Shown here in pieces: positions 23,692 through 36,780 of a DNA stretch of 64,000 nucleotides. The DNA is from Phoronis australis. Taxonomy: Eukaryota > Animalia > Phoronida. How positions within the stretch are numbered: the first letter of the stretch is position 1; each line of letters opens with the position of its first letter. Location: NCBI GenBank assembly GCA_002633005.1, contig NMRA01000077.1:124001-188000 (forward strand), in the 5' to 3' direction. Made by a program: the position numbers and the translations under genes. The notes below the pieces were generated by a model. It did no database searches. It saw only the letters and a list, made by a program, of their open reading frames with translations, and had not been told where the DNA came from.

Positions 23692-26600
23692 TTTTTTTCT
23701 TTGCTTCGTATTTTACCGTAAACATTTGTATTTACACCATGTGTTTTTAAATTGGCGAGCATAGAAAGTGGGCCGAGGTCACTTAACAATATCTGAAACC
23801 TTATTCACAAAAATTGGCTGTTTTTACAATATTTTACATATGTCCAGCAAAATACCTTATCTTCATTCTGGGGTCACTTTGAATGTGAAATATGTACCAT
23901 GTAGCAAGGAAAAAAATATAGTACAACCACCTTCAACAGCCAACGGCGTACATATCATAGAAAGATGTCACAGGAAACGAAGTCAAAAGGTAGTTTTTAT
24001 CCTGAGGAAGTTGTGCGCCTGCAAGCATACGATCGTTGAGAACGAGTTGCACCCTTAAAGTCGAGTTGCACCCTTAAAGTCGAGTTGCACCCTTAAAGTC
24101 GAGTTGCACCCTTAAAGTCGGAGTCGCTTTAACTCCCTCTGTGACTTTCATTTTGCCAAAACAGGAAGTTGTTTTGCTTAAAAATATACTGTTAGCCTAC
24201 TTACTGCTGGCACTGCCTTCTGACCTAGTTCACTCGAGATAAATGAAACCCCACCTACAAATTTAAAACATTTTAGTAATAATTAAGTCAATGGAAGACT
24301 TCAGTTGACATTGTGAGTGAATGTGGAAGTAGCGAACATGGTTATGTATTTATAGGTTTTATTGACCAAAACAAGTTCTCACCGAATAATTAATCGGCCT
24401 CAAATTTTGAAGACTGGTACTGTATTCTGTTTTTTCTCGGCTTCGGCAAATCGACTTAATTTGAACTTAGGAACATGAGTTCACGAACACCGCTTGGTGA
24501 ATTTCACTGAAACTTTCCAATTTATATATCTATTCACCAGTTAGGATTTTCCCTTGAAACCCCTAGTTTTTGTGTACCGTAACATAGAAGAATATGACTG
24601 ATACTTTTTACAAATTTGGCATAGAAACAAAACTAATTGAGTAATCAAAAATTCCTAGCAGCATTCTTTATAGGTAAATTTTGAAGTTTTCATTTAAATT
24701 GACCTTGAGGTTATTTTTGCTATGGGTGTACCTTTGATAAAAATGACATTTTGACTAAAAAAGGTGGTAAGGCAATAGTAATAATGGCACATAGATATAT
24801 AACATATTTTGTAATCTGATCTTTTTTCTTTCAGAATATAAACTTCCATTATCATAGTTGACATAGCCTGTTTTCTTTGATATTTGAGTTAGAATGAAGG
24901 TCATTAAATAAGGTTTGAGATAACCTTAACCGATAGATGGGTGCTTCAATTGTTTTCTTCAGGAGTCAAGGAGATTCCAAATATTTCCTGGTTAAGACCA
25001 GAAGCAACCTCAATGAGGAACAAAGCTCTTGCAGGGAAAAAATGCCAATGAAAGGAAACAAGTTGTCAAGATAGGGAATTGGCCCTATGTGGCTGTGTTC
25101 TGAATGTCATATGGATGTACTTACCAAGGAAACACTTTTACAGTCCTACATATTTTTCATTTTTCCTCNTAAATTCGTCATATGAATGTTGTGATGTTGT
25201 TCATCATCGCCACCAACATCATCATATTCGTCATCATCGTCATCATCTTCGTCATCATCTCCGTCTTTTCCTTAATTTCGCCAAGTGTCGCTCAAGACTA
25301 GCCTTTTTCTTACTGATTTCGGACTCCTACGTTCGTCATGTGTATGTTATTAACTTCTTTTGTTCATCCTCACCACCATCTTCGTCATATTCGTCATCTT
25401 CGTCATCATCTTTATCGTCATCTTTTTGGTTAATTTCGCCAAGGTTCGCTCCTCGGAGCGCTTTCATTTTTTCTTTGCTTCGTATTTTATCGTAAACATT
25501 TGTATTTACACCATGTGTTTATAAATCGGCGAGCATAGAAATTGGGCGGAGGTCACTTAACAATATCTGAAACCTTAGTCACAAAAATTGGCTGTTTTTA
25601 CAATATTTAACATATGTCCAGCAAAATACCTTATCTTCATTCTGGGGTCACTTCGAATGTGAAATGTGTACCATGTAGCAAGGAAAAAAATATAGTACAA
25701 CCACCTTCAACAGCCAACGGCGAACATATCATAGAAAGATGTCACAGGAAACGAAGACAAAAGGTAGTTTTTATCCTGAGGAAGTTGTGCGACTGCATGC
25801 ATACGACCGTTGAGAACGAGTTGCACCCTTAAAGTCGAGTTGCACCCTTAAAGTCGGAGTCGCTTAACTCCCTCTGTGACTTTCGTTTTGCTAAAACAGG
25901 AAGTTGTTTTGCTTAAAAATATACTGTTAGCCTTCTTACTGCTGGCACTGCCTTCTGACCTAGTTCACTCGAGATAAATGAAACCCCACCTACAAATTTA
26001 AAACATTTTAGTAATAATTAAGTCAATGACAGACTTCAGTTGACATTGTGAGTGAATGTGGAAGTAGCAAACATGGTTAAGTATATATAGGTTTTATTGA
26101 CCAAAACAAGTTCTCACCGAATAATTAATCGGCCTCCGATTTTGAAGACTGGTACTGTATTCTGCTTTTTCTCGGCTTCGGGAAATCGACTTAATTTGAA
26201 CTTAAGAACATGAGTTCAGGAAAACCGCTAAGTGAATTTCACTGAAACTTTCCAATTTATATATCTATTCACTAGTCTCAAAAACTGTTAGGATTTTCAC
26301 TTGAAACTCCGAGTTTTTGCGTACTGTAAGACAGAAGAATATGATTGCTATTTTTTACAAATTTGGCTTAGAAACAAAACTAATTGAGTAATCGAAAATT
26401 TATAACAGCATTCTTTATAGCTAAATTTTGAAGTTTTCATTTAAATTGACCTAGAGGTTATTTTACTATGGGTGTACCTTTGGTAAAAATGAAATTTTGA
26501 CTAAAAAAGGTGGTAATGCAATAGTAATAATGCCACATAGAAAAATAACATATTTTGTAATCTGATATTTTTTCTTTCAGAATATAAACTTCCATTATCA

Positions 26601-26913
26601 TAGTTGACATAGCCTGTTTTCTTTGATATTTGAGTTAGAATGAAGGTCATTAAATAAGGTTTGAGATAACCTTAACCATAGATGGGTGGTTCAATTGTTT
26701 TCTTCAGGAGTCAAGGAGATTCCAAATATTTCCTGGTTAAGACCAGAAGCAACCTCAATGAGGAACAAAGCTCTTGCAGGGAAAAAATGCCAATGAAAGG
26801 AAACAAGTTGTCAAGATGGGGAATTGGCCCTATGTGGCTGTGTTCTGAATGTCATATGGATGTTCTTACCAAGGAAACACTTTTACAGTCCTACATATTT
26901 TTCATTTTTCCTC
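23692..26913. repeat. ~1.45-kb near-identical direct duplication across a single N (25169)
   Basis: 23692..25168 vs ~25467..26913; substitutions plus indels, e.g. GAGTTGCACCCTTAAAGTC x4 vs x2. Confidence 0.93.
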
Positions 26914-29900
26914 TAATTAGCAGTGCAGGCTTCTAATAGCTATTTTTAGCATCACCACGACATAACAGCACCTGCCGCTGTTATATAACTATGTAGCTTA
27001 GATATATCTTTATTTTAATAAACATTTGCATCTTTGGTAAAGATTCTCTTTGTTTTGTAATGCAAGCATAGAGCTGGTAGTTCCTATCAACAAATGGTCG
27101 TGTTCAGCACTTGTGTAGTTGACAGTAGCTCGAATCCACCAGAGGTATTTTCCTGATTTTTGGTTTGCCAGTTTTGGAAATGGAATAAACTCTGCTGTAA
27201 ACGCTCAGGATATTTGCTGTCTCATTTATACAGTGCTCATTGACATCTTTTAACCATGCATTTGTCTTGCGCAGAGAATGTCACAGGAAAATGTCTGTTG
27301 GACATGTGCCTATTTTACCTGATCACAACTTTGGGGCCCGACTGGTCTTGGTGAGTCGACGCTTCTTCGATTGACTCCTGTCGACTGGTTAACTTAACAA
27401 TTCATATGAATTTGTGCCATTGTGCCAAAATAGCTATGAATGAGAAACATTTTGCATGCATCGTCCATCTTCAAGAGTTATAAATGTGTTAAGTAAGATA
27501 GCTTTATGCTCTTACCATAATTTGTCTATGCCAATTTTTCAGGCATGCTCTTCTAAACAAATAAAACTTACAGTAAGCACAATGTTTTTTGTGATAAGCT
27601 CCTGTAGTGATACAAAGTCATGTGTTTAAACCAAGCGTTGTTCTGGTCATTTGGTGACACCAGCAGAGGTTAGCCTCGCACTGGTTAAAGTTTATTTTTA
27701 CCCTGGTCAGAGTATGGTATTCATAAGAGTTATTTTTAAAATAATTTGTGATGTATAATTATTGATAGGAATTTTTTTTTAATTTACAGTAAAACCTACA
27801 TGATAGATGGGCTGTAGTGATCTGCATAGACTATTTTGCCACTGTCTTGTGGAAAGTTCAGCTTGCATAACATAGCATTGTGTTATGAGAAACGTGACCA
27901 TTTGTTTCTAAATTTTAAATGAACTGAAGTTAGTAATTGTTAACTGGGATCCCCCTTGACTGTCTGGACAAGGTTTTTCCTTGTTGTTCAGGCACCCAAA
28001 TTAGCAGCTCAGACTTGTGGTGTTTATTTTCACCATTACAGCTGTACTTGTGGCCCCTAAGCCCACTGCAGTTGTCCTTGTAATCCTATTATTATTGTGT
28101 AATTGGATCAAGTGGATTGATAGTTCCTGGAATGCTACAGATTAGGCTGATAGCCTGGACCACACACTAACCAGCTCAATAAGGGCGTGGCCAACACTTG
28201 ACACTCACCAGTGAAAGTTAGTCAAATCACCTGCTTTACTTGTTTTGTTCATGGCAATATCCCCCAAGGTCTCGCCATTACTTTACTCACCAAGTACCAG
28301 CTTTCCCTCACCGTTGTACCTTTGACAAAAGTTCTCTGACAGTTTCAAAAAAAACTAATTTTGTGTTATGGTAATCAAGGTAATTAGGACAGGCATAACA
28401 TTGGCAGAATATTTCCGGTATTGTCACTTGGTGTGACAGGAAATTTCTCCAAGTATATTGCTAATTGCCATAAAATTTGTTTTTACTTGGTGAAATAAAT
28501 TGCTCCAAGTATTTTGCTTTGTCATGTTTTTTGTTATCGGAAATATTCACAGAACATGTGTCTCGTGAATGGCTTCAAGCCTATTGTTTTTTGTTGAAGT
28601 CCGATACAATGTGGCGCTGTGGCGACCATTTTGTTTCATTGTGCGGAGCCATAGATTATTCTGTGGATAGATCATTCCAAGGGCCATCGGAAGTGTTTCA
28701 TTTTTTTCTGTAGTTCTTGTCGTTCTCTAGATATTCGAGATTTTCCTAGGACTGGTTTCCAAATAAATGATTTTTTGTGCCATACCTTCGTCGTCTTTAT
28801 CTGTCTGAAATTTGGTATGTGGATAGATATTTTCAAGTGCTATCAGTATGTGAAAGCTATTACTTGCTACGACTTATCGTTCTCGCGATATTCAAGATTT
28901 AATGCTCACACTACTGCTCTTTTGTTAACTAGTTAATTATAGTGCTGCACTATGTTAGCCTATCATAGTTGTGCTAGAGATCGCAGTTTTTGTCTGATCG
29001 ACATGAAATTTACATACAGTGTTAACTCCGTCAATAGTCCGAGCACTTGTGGTCTTGGGCGAAATCGGACGCAAGATTTCACTGTGACGACCATTTTTCA
29101 AATTGTGTTAGTGGAACTCTGGCTCGGCGATCCATTGACCGAACCTGTTCAAATTTGGTGTGTATATAGATCTCCTTACAGGCTCTGTAGTATAGTAGTG
29201 TAATAAGTGTCACACTCCTCATTGTTGATCTTCTTGGTTTTGTCGTTGATCTCGCCTTTAGATTTTTTATTTATTTCACCAAGTGTTGCTTTCATTTATT
29301 TTGTGAGGAATCTCAAAAAAATAAAAGTGAATTATTTGAAAATTTGCGAAAACTTTCTTCCAAAATTGTCTAGTATTTCTGTTGTTTTTTATGCCTTCTG
29401 TTTTTTTTTTATTGGGTCTGCAAGCTAACTCTGCAGCACTGTGTAAGTGTATTGAGTATAAGGACTCATGGTTGTTTTCTTCACATAGTTTGTGTATGGA
29501 AGAATAATCACATTTTTGTCATATGCGATTGAATTTGAAAAAAATGTTGCAAGGAGCTTGTTGAAAAACATACACAAAGTCTGCAGGACTATATTGTTGA
29601 AGGGTTGCTCTGGCTGAATTTGGTCAGCCTCAGAACTGTTTCAGGCGTTCTTTCACATTCTTTTTAATCATTGGATAACAAGATCATATCACACAAGTTG
29701 GACCATTAAAGCTATGCAGGACCCTAGAAATATACCTGGATTGTCTTCAGAACATCATATCTCAGAAATGGCTGTTTGTATTCCTATGAATTCCATGTAT
29801 GGTCTATGTATCATCCTCCAAAATGCTGTGAGTGACTGTTTTTAAAAGCATCCCCTTTTGCATGTAGGGGCTACCAAAAATAGGATTTTTATGAATTTCA

Positions 29901-30207
29901 ACTCAAAGGTTGCATAAAACAAAAGCCAAATGATACTTTTAAAAGGCTTAAACATCATTTTTGAGTTGTCATCCTGATATCCTGATCATCAATATCAAGT
30001 ATTACCTCATGGTTTGATTGTTCATCAACTAACATTTAATAACAAAGGTTTGGGTAAGTGTGGTAAGCAGGACATTTCTACAATATTCATTTCCAAACTA
30101 ATCATTTGTCTTGGTTTGTTTTATGGTGATCATGTTTCACTCCACAGCAAAAAATGCTCCTTTCTCCTGTGTGATGTATAAGCTAATAGACCACTGTTGT
30201 TATGCAG

Positions 30208-30320
30208 GTGACGGGGCTCAGGAGAATGTTGAACAACTGAGTGTCACAAGACAAGGTGAAACAGCCAGCACTTCTCTGTTAGACACTGAAGACAAAATGG
30301 GCAACACAGTTGATGTTCAG
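30208..30320 (+). CDS. N-terminal extension exon (GDGAQENV...KMGNTVDVQ), phase 1-0
   Basis: TATGCAG| acceptor, CAG|GTTAGA donor, open frame; phases join 21610 and 30790. Confidence 0.7.
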
Positions 30321-30789
30321 GTTAGAAAAAGTTCTTGCACGACTTATGGGTTCATGTTCTTAAGTGATTCAGAGTTTTGATGTGATTGCCCATTTGTTGT
30401 TTTGGTACTTGCTATTATCTTGGTGAGTGATGCTCTTTTGTCTCTTTATAATCGACATCTATAAAATCCAAGCATGTTGCATACGTCAAGCCAAATGCAA
30501 AATCAGAATTTGTTTAACTTGATGTTTATTTAATCTGTTGCCTGTCATATTTTTTGTCTCTCTCAATTTGAGCATCTGATGTTTCAAATGTGCATAATTT
30601 TCGCAAGTGTTTTCTCTTAACTATTCACATTTGACAGGATTTTAAGCAATAATTCTCTTCATTTATCAATTAACAACAAATGGTCGCAGATAACCTTTCA
30701 GAAAGTTTCGAGAACCATGTTCTAAGTGGACATTGGTGCTACATTGGGGTATTGCATCTAGGAAGTAATCAACTCATTTCCACGAACAG

Positions 30790-31107
30790 GTTATGGAAAG
30801 CGTCGAGTACGATGATGGTCAGAAGAGGAAGAGCCGCGACATTTCGGAGTTGTACCACACGGAGACTCCAGAAGAATCTGGCAGTCAACAGAATGTAGCT
30901 AATGAACCAACCAGTCCGGAGTCGGACAAAGGGTCGACGTTGGAGAAAAAGGGTAAACATAAAAAAGAGAAGAAAAAAGAAGCAAAGAAGAAAGAGAAGA
31001 AAGAGAAAAAGGATAAGCAGAAGAAGGATAAGTCCAAGAGTCGTGAGAATGTGGAGGTGGTTGATGAAGTTGTAGCTCAGGTAGAAGACAAAGATGTTGA
31101 AGTAGAG
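30790..31107 (+). CDS. N-terminal extension exon, Lys/Glu-rich (KKEKKKEAKKKEKKEKKDK), phase 0-0
   Basis: GAACAG| acceptor, GAG|GTAAGA donor, purine-rich open frame; other in-frame donors possible up to 31302. Confidence 0.8.
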
Positions 31108-31369
31108 GTAAGACTTGGGGTGAATGGAAGGGTAAGGTGGAGGAGGTGTGTAGGGGCTGAAGGTGGAAGTGTTGAGGGAGGCGTGAGGTGTAGAAAGAGA
31201 GGTTTAGAAGGGGAGTGCGATGTAGGAGAAGAATGGGGATCAAGTTCTTTGGAAGTGGATGAAGTTGCAACTCGTACTGAAGATAAAGGTTTGAAGGTAG
31301 AGGTGTGATATGAAGTTAGTTGGTTTTACAATAGCACTGATTTATTGCACTTTCATGGCTAATCTAATA

Positions 31370-34161
31370 ATTTCAGGTGCCTGCCTCCCAATCAACTGAA
31401 CCAGATACTCAACCAGAACAACAGGTGTTATTCTCCCAAGAAGTCAGTCATCAGGTTTGAGTTGTTAATCTTTCTTACACCTGTACGTGGGTGGGCGTGC
31501 TCAATTTTGATTTTACAGTCTGTGTGCTAAAAAACTCGCTTTAAACTTGGAGCATTAGATTGTTGAAAGGATAGTTGTTCGTGATGGGTTTGTTGTGTGT
31601 TAAGTAGTAGTGTCGCACTCAGTGTGTTTTGTCACCAATAAATATTGCTTCAGAGCAAGTCCGATTATTTAGAAACCAGTAAAACAGGAGTTTGCAGTTG
31701 ACAAAAAAGTGATTTTGTACCTGCCCAGTGATGTCAAGCAATGAATGCTTTTCGGTGTTTTGGTAGCCTCAAATTATTCCTCAGAGGTGTTTCCTATTTG
31801 GGCATTTGCCATTTTCAGTCGTAACAGGAAAAGGGGTTGATCAACAACTGGTTAAAATTCATGTAGGTCTCAAAAGATGTGACGTCATTCTTAATCCATG
31901 GTCTACCTCCTCATGTTAAACTCTGTAAGAGTATCGGGCTGATTCAGCGCCATCCTCCATTTTAACAGTCACATGACTTTCTGTTCCAATTGAAGTTGGC
32001 ACATGCACGTATATGAAACACCTCCCAAGATATAAATTAAGGCTACAAAAATAGCCGAGGTGTTGTGGATGGCAATGAACACTATACTGCGGGGATGGAT
32101 GAATGCTACAACCACTTTTCTATTCCACATTATCCCATTCTATTCTCATACAACTGGTTCTTGTTGTGTGAATATTTATTCTTTTCATCAAATACATAAA
32201 CTGAAGAGGTTAATTAGGTTTTTTATCTCGCATGAGTTTAGAAATGAGAAAGTGATCAGTCGAGTAGATTTTGGAATTATCTCAGTTATTTTTTACCATT
32301 TCAAGATCAACACAGCGTTAATTAGGTTGAACTCAAATAAATTTAGCAGCTATATTGAAATTTCCTCTTGAGCCATAGAACTTCATTTGATCCACTCCAC
32401 GGTATTCTTGAGTGTATGTAGGTACGCTGTCATAAACCAACGAAAAGTTGTCTACCTCTAAACTTGAACCAAAATAATGATTTTCAAAAGTGGCATTGCA
32501 TGGGGCTTTAATGGGCACTGGCATGCAAAACATGATTCTTCAAACAATTCTTGACTGTGTGAATTGTGTTGATGCAAAGGGATACTGTTATTGCTTTGTG
32601 AATAGGTTGGAAGCAAAGTTTGCTGGGTAAGGGTCTATGTGACAACATGAATCCATGCAGAACTATCGTTTCACTACTAGTGCTACCTGTTATTTAAGCT
32701 ATAGCATATATGAAATGGATTTAAAATGCCTACAGGTATATAATTATGTTGTGATGGTAATTGTANATTTCAGGTGCCTGCCTCCCAGTCAACTGAACCA
32801 GATACTCAACCAGAACAACAGGTGTTATTCTCCCAAGAAGTCAGTCATCAGGTTTGAGTTGTTAATCTTTCTTACACCTGTACGTGAGTGGGCGTGCTCA
32901 ATTTTGATTTTACAGTCTGTGTGCTAAAAAACTCGCTTTAAACTTGGAGCATTAGATTGTTGAAAGGATAGTTGTTCGTGATGGGTTTGTTGTGTGTTTA
33001 GTAGTGTTTTGTCACCAATAAATATTGCTTCAGAGCAAGTCAGATTATTTAGAAACCAGTAAAACAGGAGTTTGCAGTTGACAAAAAAGTGATTTTGTAC
33101 CTGCCCAGTGATGTCAAGCAATGAATGCTTTTCGGTGTTTTGATAGCCTCAAATTATTCCTCAGAGGTGTTTCCTATTTGGGCATTTGCCATTTTCAGTC
33201 GTAACAGGAAAAGGGGTTGATCAACAACTGGTCAAATTCATGTAGGTCTCAAAAGATGTGACGTCATTCTTAATCCATGGTCTGCCTCCTCATGTTCAAC
33301 TCTGTAGGAGTATCAGGGGCTGATTCAGCGCCATCCTCCATTTTAACAGTCACATGACTTTCTGTTCCAATTGAAGTTGGGACATGCACGTATATGAAAC
33401 ACCTCCCAAGATATAAATTAAGGCTACAAAAATAGCCGAGATGTTGTGGATGGCAATGAACACTATACTGCGGGGATGGATGAATGCTACAACCACTTTG
33501 GACATACTCAATATTTTTATTCCGCATTATCCCATTCTGTTCTCATACAACTGGTTCTTGTTGTGTGAATATTTATTCTTTTCATCAAATACATAAACTG
33601 AAGGGGATAATTAGGTTTTTTATCTCGCATGAGTTTAGAAATGAAAAAGTGATCAGTCGAGTAGATTTTGGAATTATCTCAGTTATTTTTTACCATTTCA
33701 AGATCAACACAGCGTTAATTAGGTTGAACTCAAATAAATTTAGCAGCTATATTGAAATTTCCTCTTGAGCCATAGAACTTCATTTGATCCACTCCACGAT
33801 ATTCTTGAGTGTATGTAGGTACGCTGTCATAAACCAACGAAAAGTTGTCTACCTCTAAACTTGAACTAAAATAATGATTTTCAAAAGTGGCATTGCATGG
33901 GGCTTTAATGGGCACTGGCATGCAAAACATGATTCTTCAAACAATTCTTGACTGTGTGAATTGTGTTGATGCAAAGGGATACTCTTATTGCTTTGTGAAT
34001 AGGTTGGAAGCAAAGTTTGCTGGGTTAGGGTCTATGTGACAACATGAATCCATGCAGAACTACCGTTTCACTACTAGCGCTACCTGTTATTTAAGCTATA
34101 GCATATATGAAATGGATTTAAAATGCCTACGGTATATAATTATGTTGTGGTGGTAATTGTA
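31370..34161. repeat. ~1.4-kb near-identical tandem duplication across a single N (32766)
   Basis: 31370..32765 vs 32767..34161; small reciprocal indels at ~31608-31622 and ~33501-33519. Confidence 0.93.
31377..31454 (+). CDS. 78-nt exon VPASQSTEPDTQPEQQVLFSQEVSHQ, phase 0-0 (second copy at 32774..32851)
   Basis: CTAAT branch-like motif plus TTTCAG| acceptor; CAG|GTTTGA donor (alternative CAG|GTGTTA after 31424); open frame. Confidence 0.6.
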
Positions 34162-34221
34162 ATGCCTTTAGAGATGCTTGCTCCTTTCGTTTTAGAGATT
34201 TTCATTTTTGTGCATTCACAG

Positions 34222-34465
34222 GTTGCTACTGGTGAGCACCCTGATAGGCAGTTGATAGAGAGTTTCGGGCTGGAGCTATCCCAGGCTCCCCAGACTGAGC
34301 ATATGTCACCACCACCCGCAGAGACGCAGCTTCCACAGACTGATGTCTCGTCAGTGCCATCTTGTGAGCAGGAACAAGAGCACCCTGTCCAAGAAACGGA
34401 GGTTGTTCAAGTTACGGTTACTAAAGAAAAGCCAACCATCTTTGAAGATAAACCAGAATTTGAAG
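34222..34465 (+). CDS. N-terminal extension exon, E/P/Q/T-rich, phase 0-1
   Basis: TTCACAG| acceptor, AAG|GTAAAT donor, open frame VATGEHPD...KPEFE. Confidence 0.78.
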
Positions 34466-35829
34466 GTAAATCTTGAGATTTATTAAAAAATGAATGTTAC
34501 GGTTATTCATCTGCTATTGAACTGAATTATTGAATTGTATGTTGAGAACTGTAGCTACTGTAGTGACACAAGGCCATGAAGTTGGTGTCACCCATGTGTG
34601 TGGACAGTCACTGCAGAGTCTGAAGCCAGAAAGGAGCCAGTTCCCATTCTCTACTGCAGATCAATCAGTGGCTAAATCCCACTCAACTAAGTGCTAAGTT
34701 CAATTTAGGATTGTATGAGAATACTCATCAATGGCAAATAATTCGTGGCAGTTTATAGAAAATACGATACAGTCAACCAATCAAATGTTGCAGGGAATTA
34801 TTGGGGCTGTAAACGTCATTTTCAGAATGACATGCTTAATTAAAACCTACTCAAGTTAATTGAATGAAAAAATATTTGAAACTGTGTAGACCTGACTTGT
34901 ATAATATCGTTTGTTATATTCTTGCTCAACATAAATCAGTTGGATGTGCATTAGCCAGCATAGGAGACAATAATAATTCATTCATCCATTCAATGCAGAC
35001 TGCTACTGAGATAACTAGACTGGTCTGTAGTTCATTAAACAATTGACTTTTTTGCGCTATATACTTCACCTTTTTTGTAAACATGAACATCAAATCATTA
35101 AATGTACCGTTTCTCCATCTGTGTTCACTGGCACTTCGCCATCTTAGAAAACTAACGTCAAGATCATTGCCTTGTTCCTAGGCTGTGCATTGTCAGAGAA
35201 CCAGGTTGTACCGTATGTCGATCAGGTCACTAAGTAAACGCAAGGAAGAAAGGGGTTAGCATGATTATGGTTAACAAGGGGGAAAGTTCGAAATGAGAGT
35301 TTGAATTTAGTGGTTTCCCGTTTGATCCACAAACATCGACACTTACCATGTATCTTGTGAATTGCATATGCATAGTTACTAGCAATTATTGGTGAAGTTC
35401 TCTCATCAGGAGTAGGTGTGTGATGTTCAATTTGGGCAAAATTACGAGTGGCGGGGCCAAAAAGGAACGTGGCGGGCCACCCAGATTTTCACTTGCAGGG
35501 TAAATTGAAACACTGCCCTATATCAATAGAGGGGGCCCGCCCAAAATGACTACTGAGCAGGGCCATTGTGTTGATACAGATTGCTCCACTCTTGTGGCAC
35601 CTTCTTTGCTAACTTCTAGATGTCATTCCCATCCAACAATTCCCCAAACATGCGAGTACTGTAATATTGGGCATAAAGGGAGTGTGTGAGTAAAAGTATT
35701 CCTTTTGCAAACAATTGAGAGGTGCTGTAAATAAAAATGTGGAATTAACAAACTTTTATTTGTCATCTTTTCATTCAAAATATGCTTTTGTGATAGATTT
35801 ATGTTTATTTTTTCTTTTGAACTTTTCAG

Positions 35830-35850
35830 AAACGCAACAGATTAGTTCAG
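35830..35850 (+). CDS. Candidate 21-nt microexon (ETQQISS), phase 1-1
   Basis: Long U-rich tract plus TTTTCAG|; frame-preserving; weak donor CAG|GTTCTC. Confidence 0.25.
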
Positions 35851-35999
35851 GTTCTCTTTCCTTAATTAAGTTTTGCATGTTACTGACACTAATCAGGAAA
35901 CATCAACTTACTAACACTTTGATGTCTTTTTGCAACTAAAGCTTTTTTAACTCCATAAAATGAGCTTATCATGCTATACAATGAATGATGTCTCCTCCT

Positions 36000-36780
36000 T
36001 AATCAGGCCTTGTGCTCTCTACATAGTTTATGTGTGATAAGGTATCCTATTAGCTCTATCAAGCTTCCATATACTTTAAAGTGCTTCCCAACCAGATTTG
36101 AACTTCCAAAATATACTGTTAACAGATGGGTTGACAGCCTGGGCGCTTACATTGGTGAGAATAGAAATTGGGGGGTTAGTGCTTAACCAGGAAGTGAGTG
36201 ATAAAATTAGAAATTTCAAGAAATTGAGCCAGAGTCTTGCCCTGGCAACCTTGTGACCTTTGAAATTGAAGCCCACAGACTGGAACTGTAAAGAATTTGC
36301 CACAGTACTAGTTATGAAAATTGAATTGATACTCTCTGACACGTGTATCCGGGTAACGTAGTATTGCAACTTGAATAGGAGGAAATATACATTGAAAAAG
36401 TAACCGCCAAATTCTGTGTCTGATCTGCCATATGAATGTTGTCAAAGTCGTTGAGGATGCAAAGTTAGATTAATCCAAAACAATTTTCTTGTTTTGTACG
36501 TTTTTCAATTGTTGCATCACCAAGGATTTAAAACCGTCATATAAGTAACTTCCATGAGGCATTGTATGCCCTCACCGAATGACGTTTTAATGCGCAGGTA
36601 TGGTGCAGTGCAAATGTGGGTCACGTATTCAAGAACTGGTTTTGCATGAAATAGAAAGCTTCAAAGTACTTCAATTTAGGAGTGATTTCAATAATTGGAT
36701 GATTCAAGTTTGCTCCCATGGCACTTAATACATGCCATATGTGGAAAAAAGTGGGTCATCTCCCAAAAATATTTAAGTCA
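36000..36780 (-). mobile_element. Decayed LINE (CR1/L2-like) ORF2 3' remnant
   Basis: Minus-strand PVLEYVTHI at ~36640 resembles the RPxLEYxxxVW motif; many stops; boundaries approximate. Confidence 0.35.

Noticed and set aside
25079-25495. His/Ser-rich 138-aa ORF
   Set aside because: Crosses the N join and a (CAT/CGT)n microsatellite in repeat-derived DNA.
23768-26936. Duplicated small ORFs (MSSKIPYLHSG..., MGGSIVFF...)
   Set aside because: Lie in repeat-derived duplicated DNA; one copy has a stop where the other is open.
27275-27350. Exon candidate with GCAG acceptor and GTGAGT donor
   Set aside because: 76 nt, breaks phase between 21610 and 30208; could only be non-coding, with no supporting evidence.
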